The notes beneath the pieces are model-generated. The model saw only the letters and a list, made by a program, of their open reading frames with translations, was not told the DNA's origin and ran no database searches. Below are positions 31,497 through 40,494 of a DNA stretch of 64,000 nt, in pieces. The DNA is from Candidatus Poriferihabitaceae bacterium (lineage in GTDB: Bacteria > Pseudomonadota > Gammaproteobacteria > Arenicellales > Poriferihabitantaceae). The position numbers and the translations under genes are program-made. Numbering within the stretch: position 1 is the stretch's first letter; each line of letters starts with the position of its first letter. The stretch spans positions 1,969,419 to 2,033,418 of the forward strand of contig OZ243941.1 in NCBI GenBank assembly GCA_965214205.1. The letters are read 5' to 3'.

Positions 31497-31988
31497 TCAG
31501 AATGGATCGTTATCACCCGCGCCAGATAACTCAGTGAAATAGGAAAGCTCCATTCGCTCCTCGAAGAATTGCTTTGCCGTCTGGTTTTCATACTCAATCC
31601 GCTCGGCTGGAATGTTTAAGAGCGAAGCTATTCGGTCTTTTTTCTGAGAAATACGATCAGAAACCAAGTCTGCTTTGTCCTCGAAAACAGGCGCGACAAC
31701 TAATACCTTTAGGTATTCGCTCCGCGTTACGGCTTGTCCAATAAGGCCATTTACATAGTCGTCGCTAAAACTGTATCCAATTACCACAATAAATCTCAGT
31801 GCTTCGTTCAACGAATATTTCCGAAGCTCATGAACATAGAACAGGTACGGATCAATTGAACTCAATTTTTCTGCTGTACCAAAAATCAACTCTGGGTTCG
31901 GTTGGGGATTATCGCAGAGCTTCAAGATATTGCCGTTCGCTTCCTCTCGTTCCCAGTCGATTGATCCGTGGAGTTTATAGAGATACAT
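31497..31988 (-). CDS. SIR2_2-like protein, C-terminal half of the domain only (possible truncated NADase effector)
   Basis: YKLHGSIDW and VVIGYSFSDDYVNGLI motifs characterise SIR2_2-type defence sirtuins. No Gly-rich NAD loop is present. The ATG lies 2 nt after the stop of the upstream ORF, in another frame. Confidence 0.65.
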   Translation of the reverse strand: MYLYKLHGSIDWEREEANGNILKLCDNPQPNPELIFGTAEKLSSIDPYLFYVHELRKYSLNEALRFIVVIGYSFSDDYVNGLIGQAVTRSEYLKVLVVAPVFEDKADLVSDRISQKKDRIASLLNIPAERIEYENQTAKQFFEERMELSYFTELSGAGDNDPF

Positions 31989-31990
31989 AC

Positions 31991-33088
31991 CTACATCAGT
32001 GTTCTCGTTAGCATCGAACTTGGTTGCCTCCCATTCACGACCACTATTAAATCCAAGCTCAATACCAAAAGAAGAACCGCTACGAGCATTATCTTGTCGT
32101 TTGTATACGACGCTTTCAACTCTTGAATCTTCGATTCAACAGCCTCTATTGCGTTCGCGTCGAAGGCTTCTACAAGGTGATGATCAATTATGTCCTTGTG
32201 AATCGGCACTGAAAACATATTCTGAAGACCCGAGAACTGTCCGGGAAAAAGTTTACCCAGCACTCCAAGATATACATCTCTCGCCAATGATCTCGTTCTT
32301 TCTGTGAAAAGGAATAGATATCTAACGTCATCTTCCATCGGGCGATACGGGCCATTCGCCTTGATACCCATGAACTGAGATTTGGCTTTACTTCCCTTGC
32401 CAACCAGATAGGTTTTTACATCGAGATGTTTCGCAGGAAGGCTTTCGAATTCTGTTTCAATCTCAAGAGGTGAAGAGGACATCAACGGTGCAAGTACATC
32501 ACATGAGAATGATTCGATTACTGATTTCTTGTCTTTGTAGAAATAAATATTCGGCTTGCCTGAATTGTCCAACGACAAGCTGCGAATTTGCGTTTGTCTA
32601 TTGAACGGCTCTCCTTCGTTGAGAGAGTACTTGTGCTCCAAAAGGAATCCGAACAGCTCTTTCTCTTTCAAGTAATAGGGCTTGACGACGATCTCCGTTG
32701 CGCCATCTTCGTACCTTTCTGTGACGAACCGAACTTCTTTCAGGGGTATCGCTTTTTTTGGTGTGTAATATTCTATCTCCGCTTCAGTCGACCCCACAAT
32801 ATGGTCAAGCAAATCCGAGTAAATCAGATGGACGGTTAAAACAGAATTCTTGCTGAACCGATAGCTGTACGACTCATAGTTTTCTTTCTCGGATTTTGAA
32901 ACATCAAATAGTCGCCACTCGTCACCGCCCTCATGCGCAGGAAGATTTACACGAAAATCGCCGTCCGCTTTGGGTAGGGAACTATCTTCAACAAGCTTCC
33001 GGTAGATCGTCACACTGCGATCTTGCCTTTTAAGCGGAACGAAATTGAGATTGATATCAGACATGCTCATTTCCTCTGCCAGCCGCAA
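31991..33088 (-). CDS. Uncharacterised 365-aa protein; the C-terminal third resembles the start of a prokaryotic Argonaute MID domain
   Basis: It overlaps the hsdS stop, suggesting translational coupling. NGPYRP..RYLFLFTE..FSGLQNMF..AVESKIQELKASYTNDKIMLVAV parallels, from memory only, the GPF..ILVV..SGF..GIVVL layout at the start of pAgo MID domains. It ends in a hydrophobic tail instead of the rest of MID/PIWI. Confidence 0.45.
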   Translation of the reverse strand: MRLAEEMSMSDINLNFVPLKRQDRSVTIYRKLVEDSSLPKADGDFRVNLPAHEGGDEWRLFDVSKSEKENYESYSYRFSKNSVLTVHLIYSDLLDHIVGSTEAEIEYYTPKKAIPLKEVRFVTERYEDGATEIVVKPYYLKEKELFGFLLEHKYSLNEGEPFNRQTQIRSLSLDNSGKPNIYFYKDKKSVIESFSCDVLAPLMSSSPLEIETEFESLPAKHLDVKTYLVGKGSKAKSQFMGIKANGPYRPMEDDVRYLFLFTERTRSLARDVYLGVLGKLFPGQFSGLQNMFSVPIHKDIIDHHLVEAFDANAIEAVESKIQELKASYTNDKIMLVAVLLLVLSLDLIVVVNGRQPSSMLTRTLM

Positions 33089-34403
33089 TTGGTATGGAAT
33101 TACTAAAAGTCTCCCAAGATAAAGTTCCTATTAGTGTTGATGTCCTGCGACTATTCTCAACAATTTCCGTTGAAAGTGCTTTACAAATATCCAACTGGCT
33201 CTCTAGCTTGCTTACAATCTCATCTTGGTCAATTCGTGGAGGCAAAGGAATCAGTGCGTTTGCCACAATCCCTTGATTGATTTTTGGCATGCTCTTCTGC
33301 GCTCCGGTTGCATTAGAGCGGAAGTACTTACGAGAGAATGGGCTTGTAAGAACGTAATGCAGGTACTTGAGAGACAGTTGCTTTGCAAATCTCAACTTCA
33401 TCATTAGATCGGGGTAAATAAATTCGTAATCTTCACCCGTGTATATGGCGGACACCCCCACGTGCTCTAACGAGTTACTTCTTTGTATAAGGATGTCACC
33501 CCTTTCCAACCACAAGTGAGAGTCTTCAGGAATATCCTCATCTATATACTTGATCTGAGAACAATCAAAACTTCCACTCGTAGTCGCTCCTAACTTCAGT
33601 GTTTTCGTTTGCGTTTCAAAGTCTACTGTCTTCGGCGAGTATCCGTTTCTAGGATTTTCATACAGTAACTCACCTAATCGGCACCATTTCCAACTCTTCG
33701 GCAATTCAAACGGTTTTTCTTCATCACTGATAGCTAGTAGAGGCTTTTGCTTTTTCATTTTCTTAACTTTTATCAAGTCGGCTTTTTCAGCAGCGATGTC
33801 TTCCAGCAGTTTGCTGACAGGCTCTACTTTTTGGCTGGTAGCGCGCCAGTCTGTTGTGAGTTTGCCTTCGATGGCCTCCTGCAATATTTGTTGGCGAAGT
33901 TCTTTTAGCAATCCCCGCTGATGAACTAGCTCGCAGTCAAGTAAATCCTTAATTCTTAGAGTGCTCTTGAGCTTTCCAATCCAGAATTCTTGTTGATCGA
34001 TATCGAGATATGGAATTTTATACTTCTTGAAATTCTTCTGATTTATAGACTCTTTCGAAGTACCTGACTTCGTTGCTGAAACCAAGACTGGCCTCAGGGA
34101 GTTGAATACAAAGTGATAGAAACTAAGATTCAGGGGGTACTTGTTGTCGTCCTTTGGCGTAAGGATAAAACACAGATCACTACTCGTGAATTTTCCATCC
34201 ACATAATGCGTGCGCCCGAGTGATCCCGAAGCGGATCCGGCAAAAACAAGCGCTTCACATTCATGGGAATACTCAGTATGAGTCTTCCATTCTTCTGCCG
34301 CTGTAATGAAATCGAACTCACCAGCCAAGCACTTAGTACTTTGCAGGCTTCCTTTTTCAAGATCAAAAAGCGTACCGATGGGCAACATCATGTTTGACAT
34401 CAA
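33057..34403 (-). CDS. hsdS: Type I restriction-modification specificity subunit HsdS
   Basis: 448 aa with two target-recognition halves separated by a coiled-coil spacer (LLKELRQQILQEAIEGKLT). ATGA overlap with hsdM. Confidence 0.9.
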   Translation of the reverse strand: MMSNMMLPIGTLFDLEKGSLQSTKCLAGEFDFITAAEEWKTHTEYSHECEALVFAGSASGSLGRTHYVDGKFTSSDLCFILTPKDDNKYPLNLSFYHFVFNSLRPVLVSATKSGTSKESINQKNFKKYKIPYLDIDQQEFWIGKLKSTLRIKDLLDCELVHQRGLLKELRQQILQEAIEGKLTTDWRATSQKVEPVSKLLEDIAAEKADLIKVKKMKKQKPLLAISDEEKPFELPKSWKWCRLGELLYENPRNGYSPKTVDFETQTKTLKLGATTSGSFDCSQIKYIDEDIPEDSHLWLERGDILIQRSNSLEHVGVSAIYTGEDYEFIYPDLMMKLRFAKQLSLKYLHYVLTSPFSRKYFRSNATGAQKSMPKINQGIVANALIPLPPRIDQDEIVSKLESQLDICKALSTEIVENSRRTSTLIGTLSWETFSNSIPIAAGRGNEHV

Positions 34404-35822
34404 CCCAACTCCTTTCGCAATTTCCCAAGCAATTCATCGCCTTTCAAAAATGACTGGTGCAGCATATCGAGCAATTCTGCGCTGCTGTGCTGTTGCTCTT
34501 CTTCAGGCTGGTGAGGATTCTTAAGATCGAGGTTGTAACCACTGGCTTTGATCGTTTCAAAGTCTACCTGCCATGCTGCTTCGCTCTCTTCTCTGTTAAC
34601 CCACCAATGTTTCAATCCATCGAACTCTACACCCTGAATAGGTTTTGTCTTTGAGTATGCCTTGTATCCTTCAGGCAGCTTGTGCTGGTAATACCAAATC
34701 GTCTTTGTCTGCTCACCCTTGCTGAAAAAAAGCAAGTTAGTCGCTACCGCCGCATAGGGCTGAAATACCGAGTTGGGTAAGCGCACAATCGTGTGTAAGT
34801 TGCAATCTTCAAGTAGTTTTTCGAATACATTGTTTTACACCATCACCCGTAAGCGACCCATCCGGCAAAACAATGGCTGCACGAGCACCCTTTTTGAGTA
34901 GATGAATCATCAAGATCAGAAATAGGTCTGCCGATTCCTTCGTCCGATAAGTCAGCGGGAAGTTATTTTCGTTGTTGTTGGAAACAACTCCGCCGAACGG
35001 TGGGTTTGCCAAAATAACATCTACACGATCTTTCCGTGTGTATTCGGTTAAGGGTCGCTCCAGTGAATCACCATAGCGGATCGAGGGAGTGGTTATGTCA
35101 TGTAATATGAGGTTGGTATTTGCGAGCAAGTATGGAAGTGGTTTGTATTCCCAGCCTCTAACATTCTTGCCGATAGCCTTACGCTCGGCGACGTTCTTTG
35201 CCGTCTGCTTAAGGTGCTCGATAGTTGCGGTCAAAAAACCGCCCGTACCACACGATGGATCAAGTATTGTTTCCCCATGTTGCGGATCGACTAATTCAGT
35301 CATCAACTCTGTCAAAGCACGCGGCGTATAAAATTCCCCTAACGTCCCCGCGCTTTGCAGTTCACTCAGGAATGTTTCATATATCTGCCCAAAAACGTGC
35401 TTGTCTTTACTATTATTGAAGTCGACCTCATTGAGCTTGTTGATAACCTGCCGAAGATGGATGCCAGACTTCATGTAGTTATAGTTATTGTCGAAGACTT
35501 CATGCACCAAGAAAGCGCGTTTATTTCCGGTTGAGAGGTCGATATTCGATAGGGTTGGGAATAGCTTACGATCTACAAAATGCAGCAGTTCGTCCCCTGT
35601 CATTCCCTCATCATCACCTGCCCACTCATCCCAATGAAGCCCCTGAGGTATTGGCGAGGTGTAATCGTCATCCAGCAATTCCAGCTCTTTGTCCTTATCA
35701 CTGAAAATCTTGAGGAATAGCATCCAGCCCAACTGGAGAATGCGCAGCTCGTCACTTCCAGTCCCCGTATCCTGCCACATGATTTTTCGCACTGATTTGA
35801 CTATTCCTGGAATATTGCTCAT
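34400..35822 (-). pseudogene. hsdM: Type I R-M N6-adenine DNA methyltransferase HsdM, interrupted by a +1 frameshift
   Basis: Motif I DPSCGTGGF and motif IV NPPFG lie in the 337-aa ORF. The conserved continuation ..KLLEDCNLHTIVRLPNSVF.. is in the adjacent 128-aa ORF. The frames meet at an A5 run (T5 at 34817-34821 on the + strand). Confidence 0.85.
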
Positions 35823-35825
35823 GCG

Positions 35826-37949
35826 TCAGGCTCCCCAATGCTCTTTTTCGTAGGCGCTTTGATCTTCACGGCTCAATGGCTGCGATGAACAGCCTGTTCG
35901 GACGAAGAAGCCTTCTTCGCCTTCGAAGGTTACGAATACCGGCTTACCGCTCTTGGCAACACGAATGCGGCATATTTGAACATCGTCATAAACAGGAAAA
36001 GTCACCTTTATGTGTGTGCTGTAGCCTCCGCCGATGTATTTCTTGATGATTTCAACAAGATGCAGCTCAAACCCATCAATGTTCTTCTTGCTAAGCGTCT
36101 CAATGTCATCCGTGAGACCGAGAGCATTCTGTTCATCGTCAATACCGATAAACAAATCTCCGCCTTCACTGTTAAGGAATGCAGCAATCGTTTTTGCTAT
36201 AACGTATTCGAGCTTTTTGTTTACGGATTCCGTCCGCAAGTCATAACGAAGCGTGGATTTGAATTCGACCCTGTCACTTTCACCAGCCGTTACTAATTCC
36301 TGAACCTCTTCGTTGGCAGGCTCCTTGTGGCTGAGCTCGATACGCACTTTCAATTCGTCGAAGATAAGCTTAGCGCGCGCCTTCAGGAACGTGTCGTAGT
36401 CATCACTCTCAATACCAAAGCCATTGATATCAATGAAATGAGAATTTAACGCCTTATTGATAGCGGAGTTTTCATCACTGAAATCACCGATATAGCTGGA
36501 AGGTGGTCTCGCCCGAATAGCGCGTTTGTTCAGGCGGTCACCGACAAAAGTGATGTTGACGAGGCTATTGCTGTTTGCAACTTCTTTGTTTTCAAGATAC
36601 TTCTTTGGAAAGAAGTGGTGGTAGTTTTTGCTGCTGGCGATTTTTAACCACGAATTGTCAAGAATGACCCTCCCGTTATCCTGGAAATCCTTTGGCTCCT
36701 GATATGCCAAAAGGCAAAGAACTGCTTTGCAGTAGCTGTTTCCCGCACTGAAATTGGTCTCAATGAGCGCTTTAGGTGAATCAAGGTCAACCTTAATGTC
36801 ACTATAGTCGGGACGCTGGTTCTTTAATATCAGGTCAATTCGTTTGATATCCTGCGCTAACCGAGACTCCGTTGAGCTTGAATAGCGATACGATAGCGAC
36901 ATCCTCCAGAAATATTCTTCCAAATACTTCCGTTGGTCGGACTCCGGCTTTTCCTTGTTCAGGAAAAAGAAGTAAGCAAAAGGCACCAAAAGCGAGTCAT
37001 ACGGAAGAAGCTGCGAGACGGGAATTCGATATGTCGTGCGAAAATAGTCAATACTGTCTTTGAGGGCGGAGATAGCATCTTCCCATTTGTCAATAATCGC
37101 CTGCTTGTCGAGTGCCAAAATTGTCTTGCGCTTACATTCTTTGGTTCGACTCAGCACCAGAGAAAGCAAACTCAGAATTACCGTGCTGTATACGCCCTCA
37201 TACTTAATCGCCTCCAGCTCCTTTATGAAGGCTTCCCATTTTGCCTGCATGTCGAACTTCTGCTCTTCGTCATAAGTCTTCGCAGACATAATCTCAAAGA
37301 GCGTTAGCGTCTGGCCGCCCGTATTGATGCGCGTAAATACTTCAATTGCAGAATCAATGTCCTCTTTAAGTAGGACAACAGTCGAAAACGTATAGGTCTT
37401 AAAAGCGGTGGAATATGCGTCTATCAACTCCAATTCGTCTCCACTGAATTCTTCGGAAAGTTCTCTTGCCTTGCTGTAACTGAAGTTCAAGACATCAGAC
37501 AAAGAGATATACTTCTCTCCGCTCGGTTTGGCTGTAATGACTTGATCGTCATTTTCACCAAGGTTCTTGTCGAGGTTCACGACAATACCGCTATAGTCCG
37601 TTATTTTCTTTTCGCCTGTCTTTTGAATCTGTGCACCGCGGTAAGCGGCAAATAGTGACGTTATTCGCTGCTGGCCATCGAGGACATATTGAACCTTTGT
37701 TCCTTCCGGCGTTTCCGGTATCTCAAGATTTCCAACATTCTTGATATCATTAATACGCTCATCGGTCTGCCAAAGAATGAATGTGCCAATCGGATAGCCC
37801 TTCAAAATACTATCTAACAGCTTGGCCGTCTTATCGATACTCCAAACGAACTCGCGCTGAAACTTCGGAATTTTGATTATTCCTTTCTGTATCTCATTAA
37901 TGAGATCAGAGTATTTCTTCGAGTCCGGCTTGGGCTGTTCAAAATTCAT
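35826..37949 (-). CDS. GmrSD-like DUF262 / His-Me-finger (DUF1524-like) protein fused to a C-terminal AlbA_2 (Schlafen-like) domain
   Basis: N-terminus: IPKFQREFVW ... DGQQRITS. Middle: NYHHFFPKKYL..NSLVNITFVGDRLNKR. C-terminus: ESDRVEFKSTL...AAFLNSEGGDLFIGIDD...FFVRTG. It is nested between hsdR and hsdM with 14-nt and 3-nt gaps. Confidence 0.82.
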   Translation of the reverse strand: MNFEQPKPDSKKYSDLINEIQKGIIKIPKFQREFVWSIDKTAKLLDSILKGYPIGTFILWQTDERINDIKNVGNLEIPETPEGTKVQYVLDGQQRITSLFAAYRGAQIQKTGEKKITDYSGIVVNLDKNLGENDDQVITAKPSGEKYISLSDVLNFSYSKARELSEEFSGDELELIDAYSTAFKTYTFSTVVLLKEDIDSAIEVFTRINTGGQTLTLFEIMSAKTYDEEQKFDMQAKWEAFIKELEAIKYEGVYSTVILSLLSLVLSRTKECKRKTILALDKQAIIDKWEDAISALKDSIDYFRTTYRIPVSQLLPYDSLLVPFAYFFFLNKEKPESDQRKYLEEYFWRMSLSYRYSSSTESRLAQDIKRIDLILKNQRPDYSDIKVDLDSPKALIETNFSAGNSYCKAVLCLLAYQEPKDFQDNGRVILDNSWLKIASSKNYHHFFPKKYLENKEVANSNSLVNITFVGDRLNKRAIRARPPSSYIGDFSDENSAINKALNSHFIDINGFGIESDDYDTFLKARAKLIFDELKVRIELSHKEPANEEVQELVTAGESDRVEFKSTLRYDLRTESVNKKLEYVIAKTIAAFLNSEGGDLFIGIDDEQNALGLTDDIETLSKKNIDGFELHLVEIIKKYIGGGYSTHIKVTFPVYDDVQICRIRVAKSGKPVFVTFEGEEGFFVRTGCSSQPLSREDQSAYEKEHWGA

Positions 37950-37963
37950 TCAATGTTTCCTGT

Positions 37964-40351
37964 TCATGCAGCGTTGTAGATTGCCTGCTCAAGATTGGTT
38001 ACGGCCATCCTGTATTGATTCTTGCCGCCGAATAAACTGACAATTTCTATCGGGGTGCCAATTTCATCAAATGGATTCACCGTCAGTATCTTGATGTCTT
38101 CGATATTCTCGATACCTTCATCAGCGTACTTATCCAATAACGCTTCAAGCACTTGTCTGGCCTGCTCACCGTACTTTGTGAAATAGTCACGCTTCTTCAC
38201 GTTGTTCGCTCTCTCGGCTCTCGTGAGCGGTGGCTGGTCAAAAGCAGTATGACAGATCAAATCAAAGATATCCATTTCCTTACTGATTGTCTCTTTTAGA
38301 TTTTCAAAGACGAGCCCCTGCTCGGTTAGCTCGTCGATGATGGCTTGCTTTCTCTCTGCTGAATGCCACTTATTCAGGAAGTCGTCCAAAGACGCAAAAT
38401 GTTCTCTGACTTTTTGTCTGGTGTAATCTCTCAGGCTTCCAGTGATTAGTTTGCCATTACCATTCAGGTACTGAACGCGCTCGTTGAGAATGGCGACATT
38501 GATGCCATTTACGTAGTATTTAGGTCTCGGCTCGCCGATGCTCTCTCCGCCCGCGGTTATCTCCGGCTCCTGTGGTATTGGATCGAAAATTACGGCATCA
38601 CCATCTTCATCAACCACGTCTTCAGCTTCTTCGATCTCTTCTTCGTATGTGTCGAACTCATCAGATTCTTCGAGTTCTTTGATCCGTACGGGATCACCAT
38701 CAAAATCAGTATCAGCGAATAGATCGGTAACATTGCGGAAGTCCATAATCGTGAAAAATTTCTTGCCATATTCTTCATTTATGCGGGTTCCACGACCGAT
38801 AATTTGTTTGAATTCGGTCATTGAACCGATGTTGCTATCCAGGACGATCAACTTGCAAGTCTGTGCATCGACTCCGGTGGTCATCAGCTTGGAGGTCGTT
38901 GCGATAACAGGATAGTCTTCTTCCGGGTTGATGAAGTTATCCAACTCACGCTTGCCTTCTTGATTATCCCCAGTAATCTGCATGACATACTTGCTATTGC
39001 TAGCCATGAGGTCGCTGTTTGCATTCGCGATTGCGGAGCGCATTCTTTGTGCATGGTCAATATCAGCACAGAAAATAATCGTTTTGTCGGAGCGGTTGGT
39101 CTTCTTCAAGAACTCCGTCACCTTGTCAGCGACCGTTTGTGTACGCTCATCTATGACGAGATTTTTGTCGAAGTCTTTTCGGTTGTAGATACGATCCTCG
39201 ACCACAAGCCCCTGCTTGTCTGTCTTCCCTAACTCTGGCCTCCAGCCCTCCAGATCAACATTCAATCCGACCCGAAGCACTTTGTAGGGAGCAAGGAAAC
39301 CGTCTTGTATTCCCTGCTTGAGGGAGTACGTATATAGCGGCTCGCCAAAATACCCGGTACTGGAAACCGTTTCTGTTTCTCTGGGTGTGGCAGTAAGGCC
39401 AATATGCGTCGCACTATTGAAGTAGTTCAAGATTTCGCGCCAAGCGCTGTCTTCCACCGCGCTGCCCCGGTGGCACTCGTCAATAATAATCATGTCAAAA
39501 AATTCTGGACTGAATTCCCGATAGGCATCTTTGTCTTCGTTGTAGTCCGTGAGACCTTGATAAAGCGCCAGATAAATCTCGTAGGACTTGTCTATTTGTT
39601 TATGCTTTACGACCGTCATTTTGTTCTTGAAATGACGGAAGTCACCGCGCCTGGTTTGGTCAATGAGAGCATTTCTATCAGCAAGGAACAGAATTCGCTT
39701 TTTTGTTCCGCTCTTCCACAGACGATGGATAACCTGGAATGCCGTGTAGGTCTTTCCAGTACCCGTCGCCATGGTCAGTAAAATTCGAGACTGACCTTTG
39801 GCAATTGCTTCAACGGTTCTGTTGACAGCAATTTGCTGGTAGTAACGCGGGGTTCTCCCCGAACCATCGAAAAAGTAGTCTTGGGCACTAATTCTTTCTT
39901 GTTCTTCTGTTTGAATGCCTTTGTATTTTTTATAGCGTTGCCAGAGTTCCTGTGGTGATGGGAAGTTGTCGAGCGCTAACTCCCTTTCGATGTTTCCGTC
40001 ACTACATGTTCGGTCATGCTCGTAGAAAGCATCGCCATTGCTGCTGTAAACAGTTGGGATGTCAAGAATTCTAGCGTAATTCAGCCCTTGTTGAATTCCA
40101 GCATTGATGGAGTGTTTGTTGTCTTTGGCTTCAATGATTGCAATAGGAATATTGGGCTTATAATAGAGAATGTAGTCCGCTCGTTTCCTCTTGCCTCTGG
40201 TAGTCAAATTGCCCTTTACGTAGATTCTTCCATCCGTAAATGACACTTCTTCGCGGATTTGCGTCTGCATATCCCAGCCCGCTTTCTCCAGAGCCGGACT
40301 AATGAATTTCGAGCAAATATCGCGTTCTGATAAGCTTTTCTTTGAGGTCAT
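37964..40351 (-). CDS. hsdR: Type I restriction endonuclease subunit HsdR
   Basis: N-terminal PD-(D/E)xK-like region (IIEAKD), helicase motif I MATGTGKT and motif II DECHRG, 795 aa. Confidence 0.93.
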   Translation of the reverse strand: MTSKKSLSERDICSKFISPALEKAGWDMQTQIREEVSFTDGRIYVKGNLTTRGKRKRADYILYYKPNIPIAIIEAKDNKHSINAGIQQGLNYARILDIPTVYSSNGDAFYEHDRTCSDGNIERELALDNFPSPQELWQRYKKYKGIQTEEQERISAQDYFFDGSGRTPRYYQQIAVNRTVEAIAKGQSRILLTMATGTGKTYTAFQVIHRLWKSGTKKRILFLADRNALIDQTRRGDFRHFKNKMTVVKHKQIDKSYEIYLALYQGLTDYNEDKDAYREFSPEFFDMIIIDECHRGSAVEDSAWREILNYFNSATHIGLTATPRETETVSSTGYFGEPLYTYSLKQGIQDGFLAPYKVLRVGLNVDLEGWRPELGKTDKQGLVVEDRIYNRKDFDKNLVIDERTQTVADKVTEFLKKTNRSDKTIIFCADIDHAQRMRSAIANANSDLMASNSKYVMQITGDNQEGKRELDNFINPEEDYPVIATTSKLMTTGVDAQTCKLIVLDSNIGSMTEFKQIIGRGTRINEEYGKKFFTIMDFRNVTDLFADTDFDGDPVRIKELEESDEFDTYEEEIEEAEDVVDEDGDAVIFDPIPQEPEITAGGESIGEPRPKYYVNGINVAILNERVQYLNGNGKLITGSLRDYTRQKVREHFASLDDFLNKWHSAERKQAIIDELTEQGLVFENLKETISKEMDIFDLICHTAFDQPPLTRAERANNVKKRDYFTKYGEQARQVLEALLDKYADEGIENIEDIKILTVNPFDEIGTPIEIVSLFGGKNQYRMAVTNLEQAIYNAA

Positions 40352-40406
40352 CCGCTAGCTCGCTTTATTTCTGTTTACGCAACACATCCCGTCACTTTAC
40401 TATCAT

Positions 40407-40432
40407 TCGTTTAAGGAATCGTTTAAGGAATC
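40407..40432. repeat. Tandem 12-bp repeat (2 perfect units plus 2 nt)
   Basis: TCGTTTAAGGAA TCGTTTAAGGAA TC, in the AT-rich divergent region between hsdR and the AbiEi gene. Confidence 0.9.
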
Positions 40433-40494
40433 TCTGATTAATTTACTCTCTATTGTATAATGATTTTTAATTCTTTAATGGCGGGAGATTTCTT

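Noticed and set aside
31233-31500. tRNA or tmRNA gene, or an integrase or transposase, at the island borders (also checked at 42405-42662).
   Set aside because: I could find no cloverleaf-compatible sequence with a T-loop GTTCGAATC-type motif by eye. No ORF with recombinase motifs is present. tRNAscan or Infernal would be needed to confirm this formally.
31290-31529. 79-aa ORF (MIVGAGLVPAREWW...) and its counterparts at 42419-42628 (+) and 42328-42606 (-).
   Set aside because: They are translations of REP-like palindromes (GGGCGGG..CCCGCCC, TTCCCGC..GCGGGAA). The peptide similarity reflects the DNA repeat and is not evidence of a protein family.
40407-40432. Possible CRISPR array or minisatellite.
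   Set aside because: There are only two 12-bp units with no spacers. No longer repeat-spacer periodicity was seen anywhere in the window.
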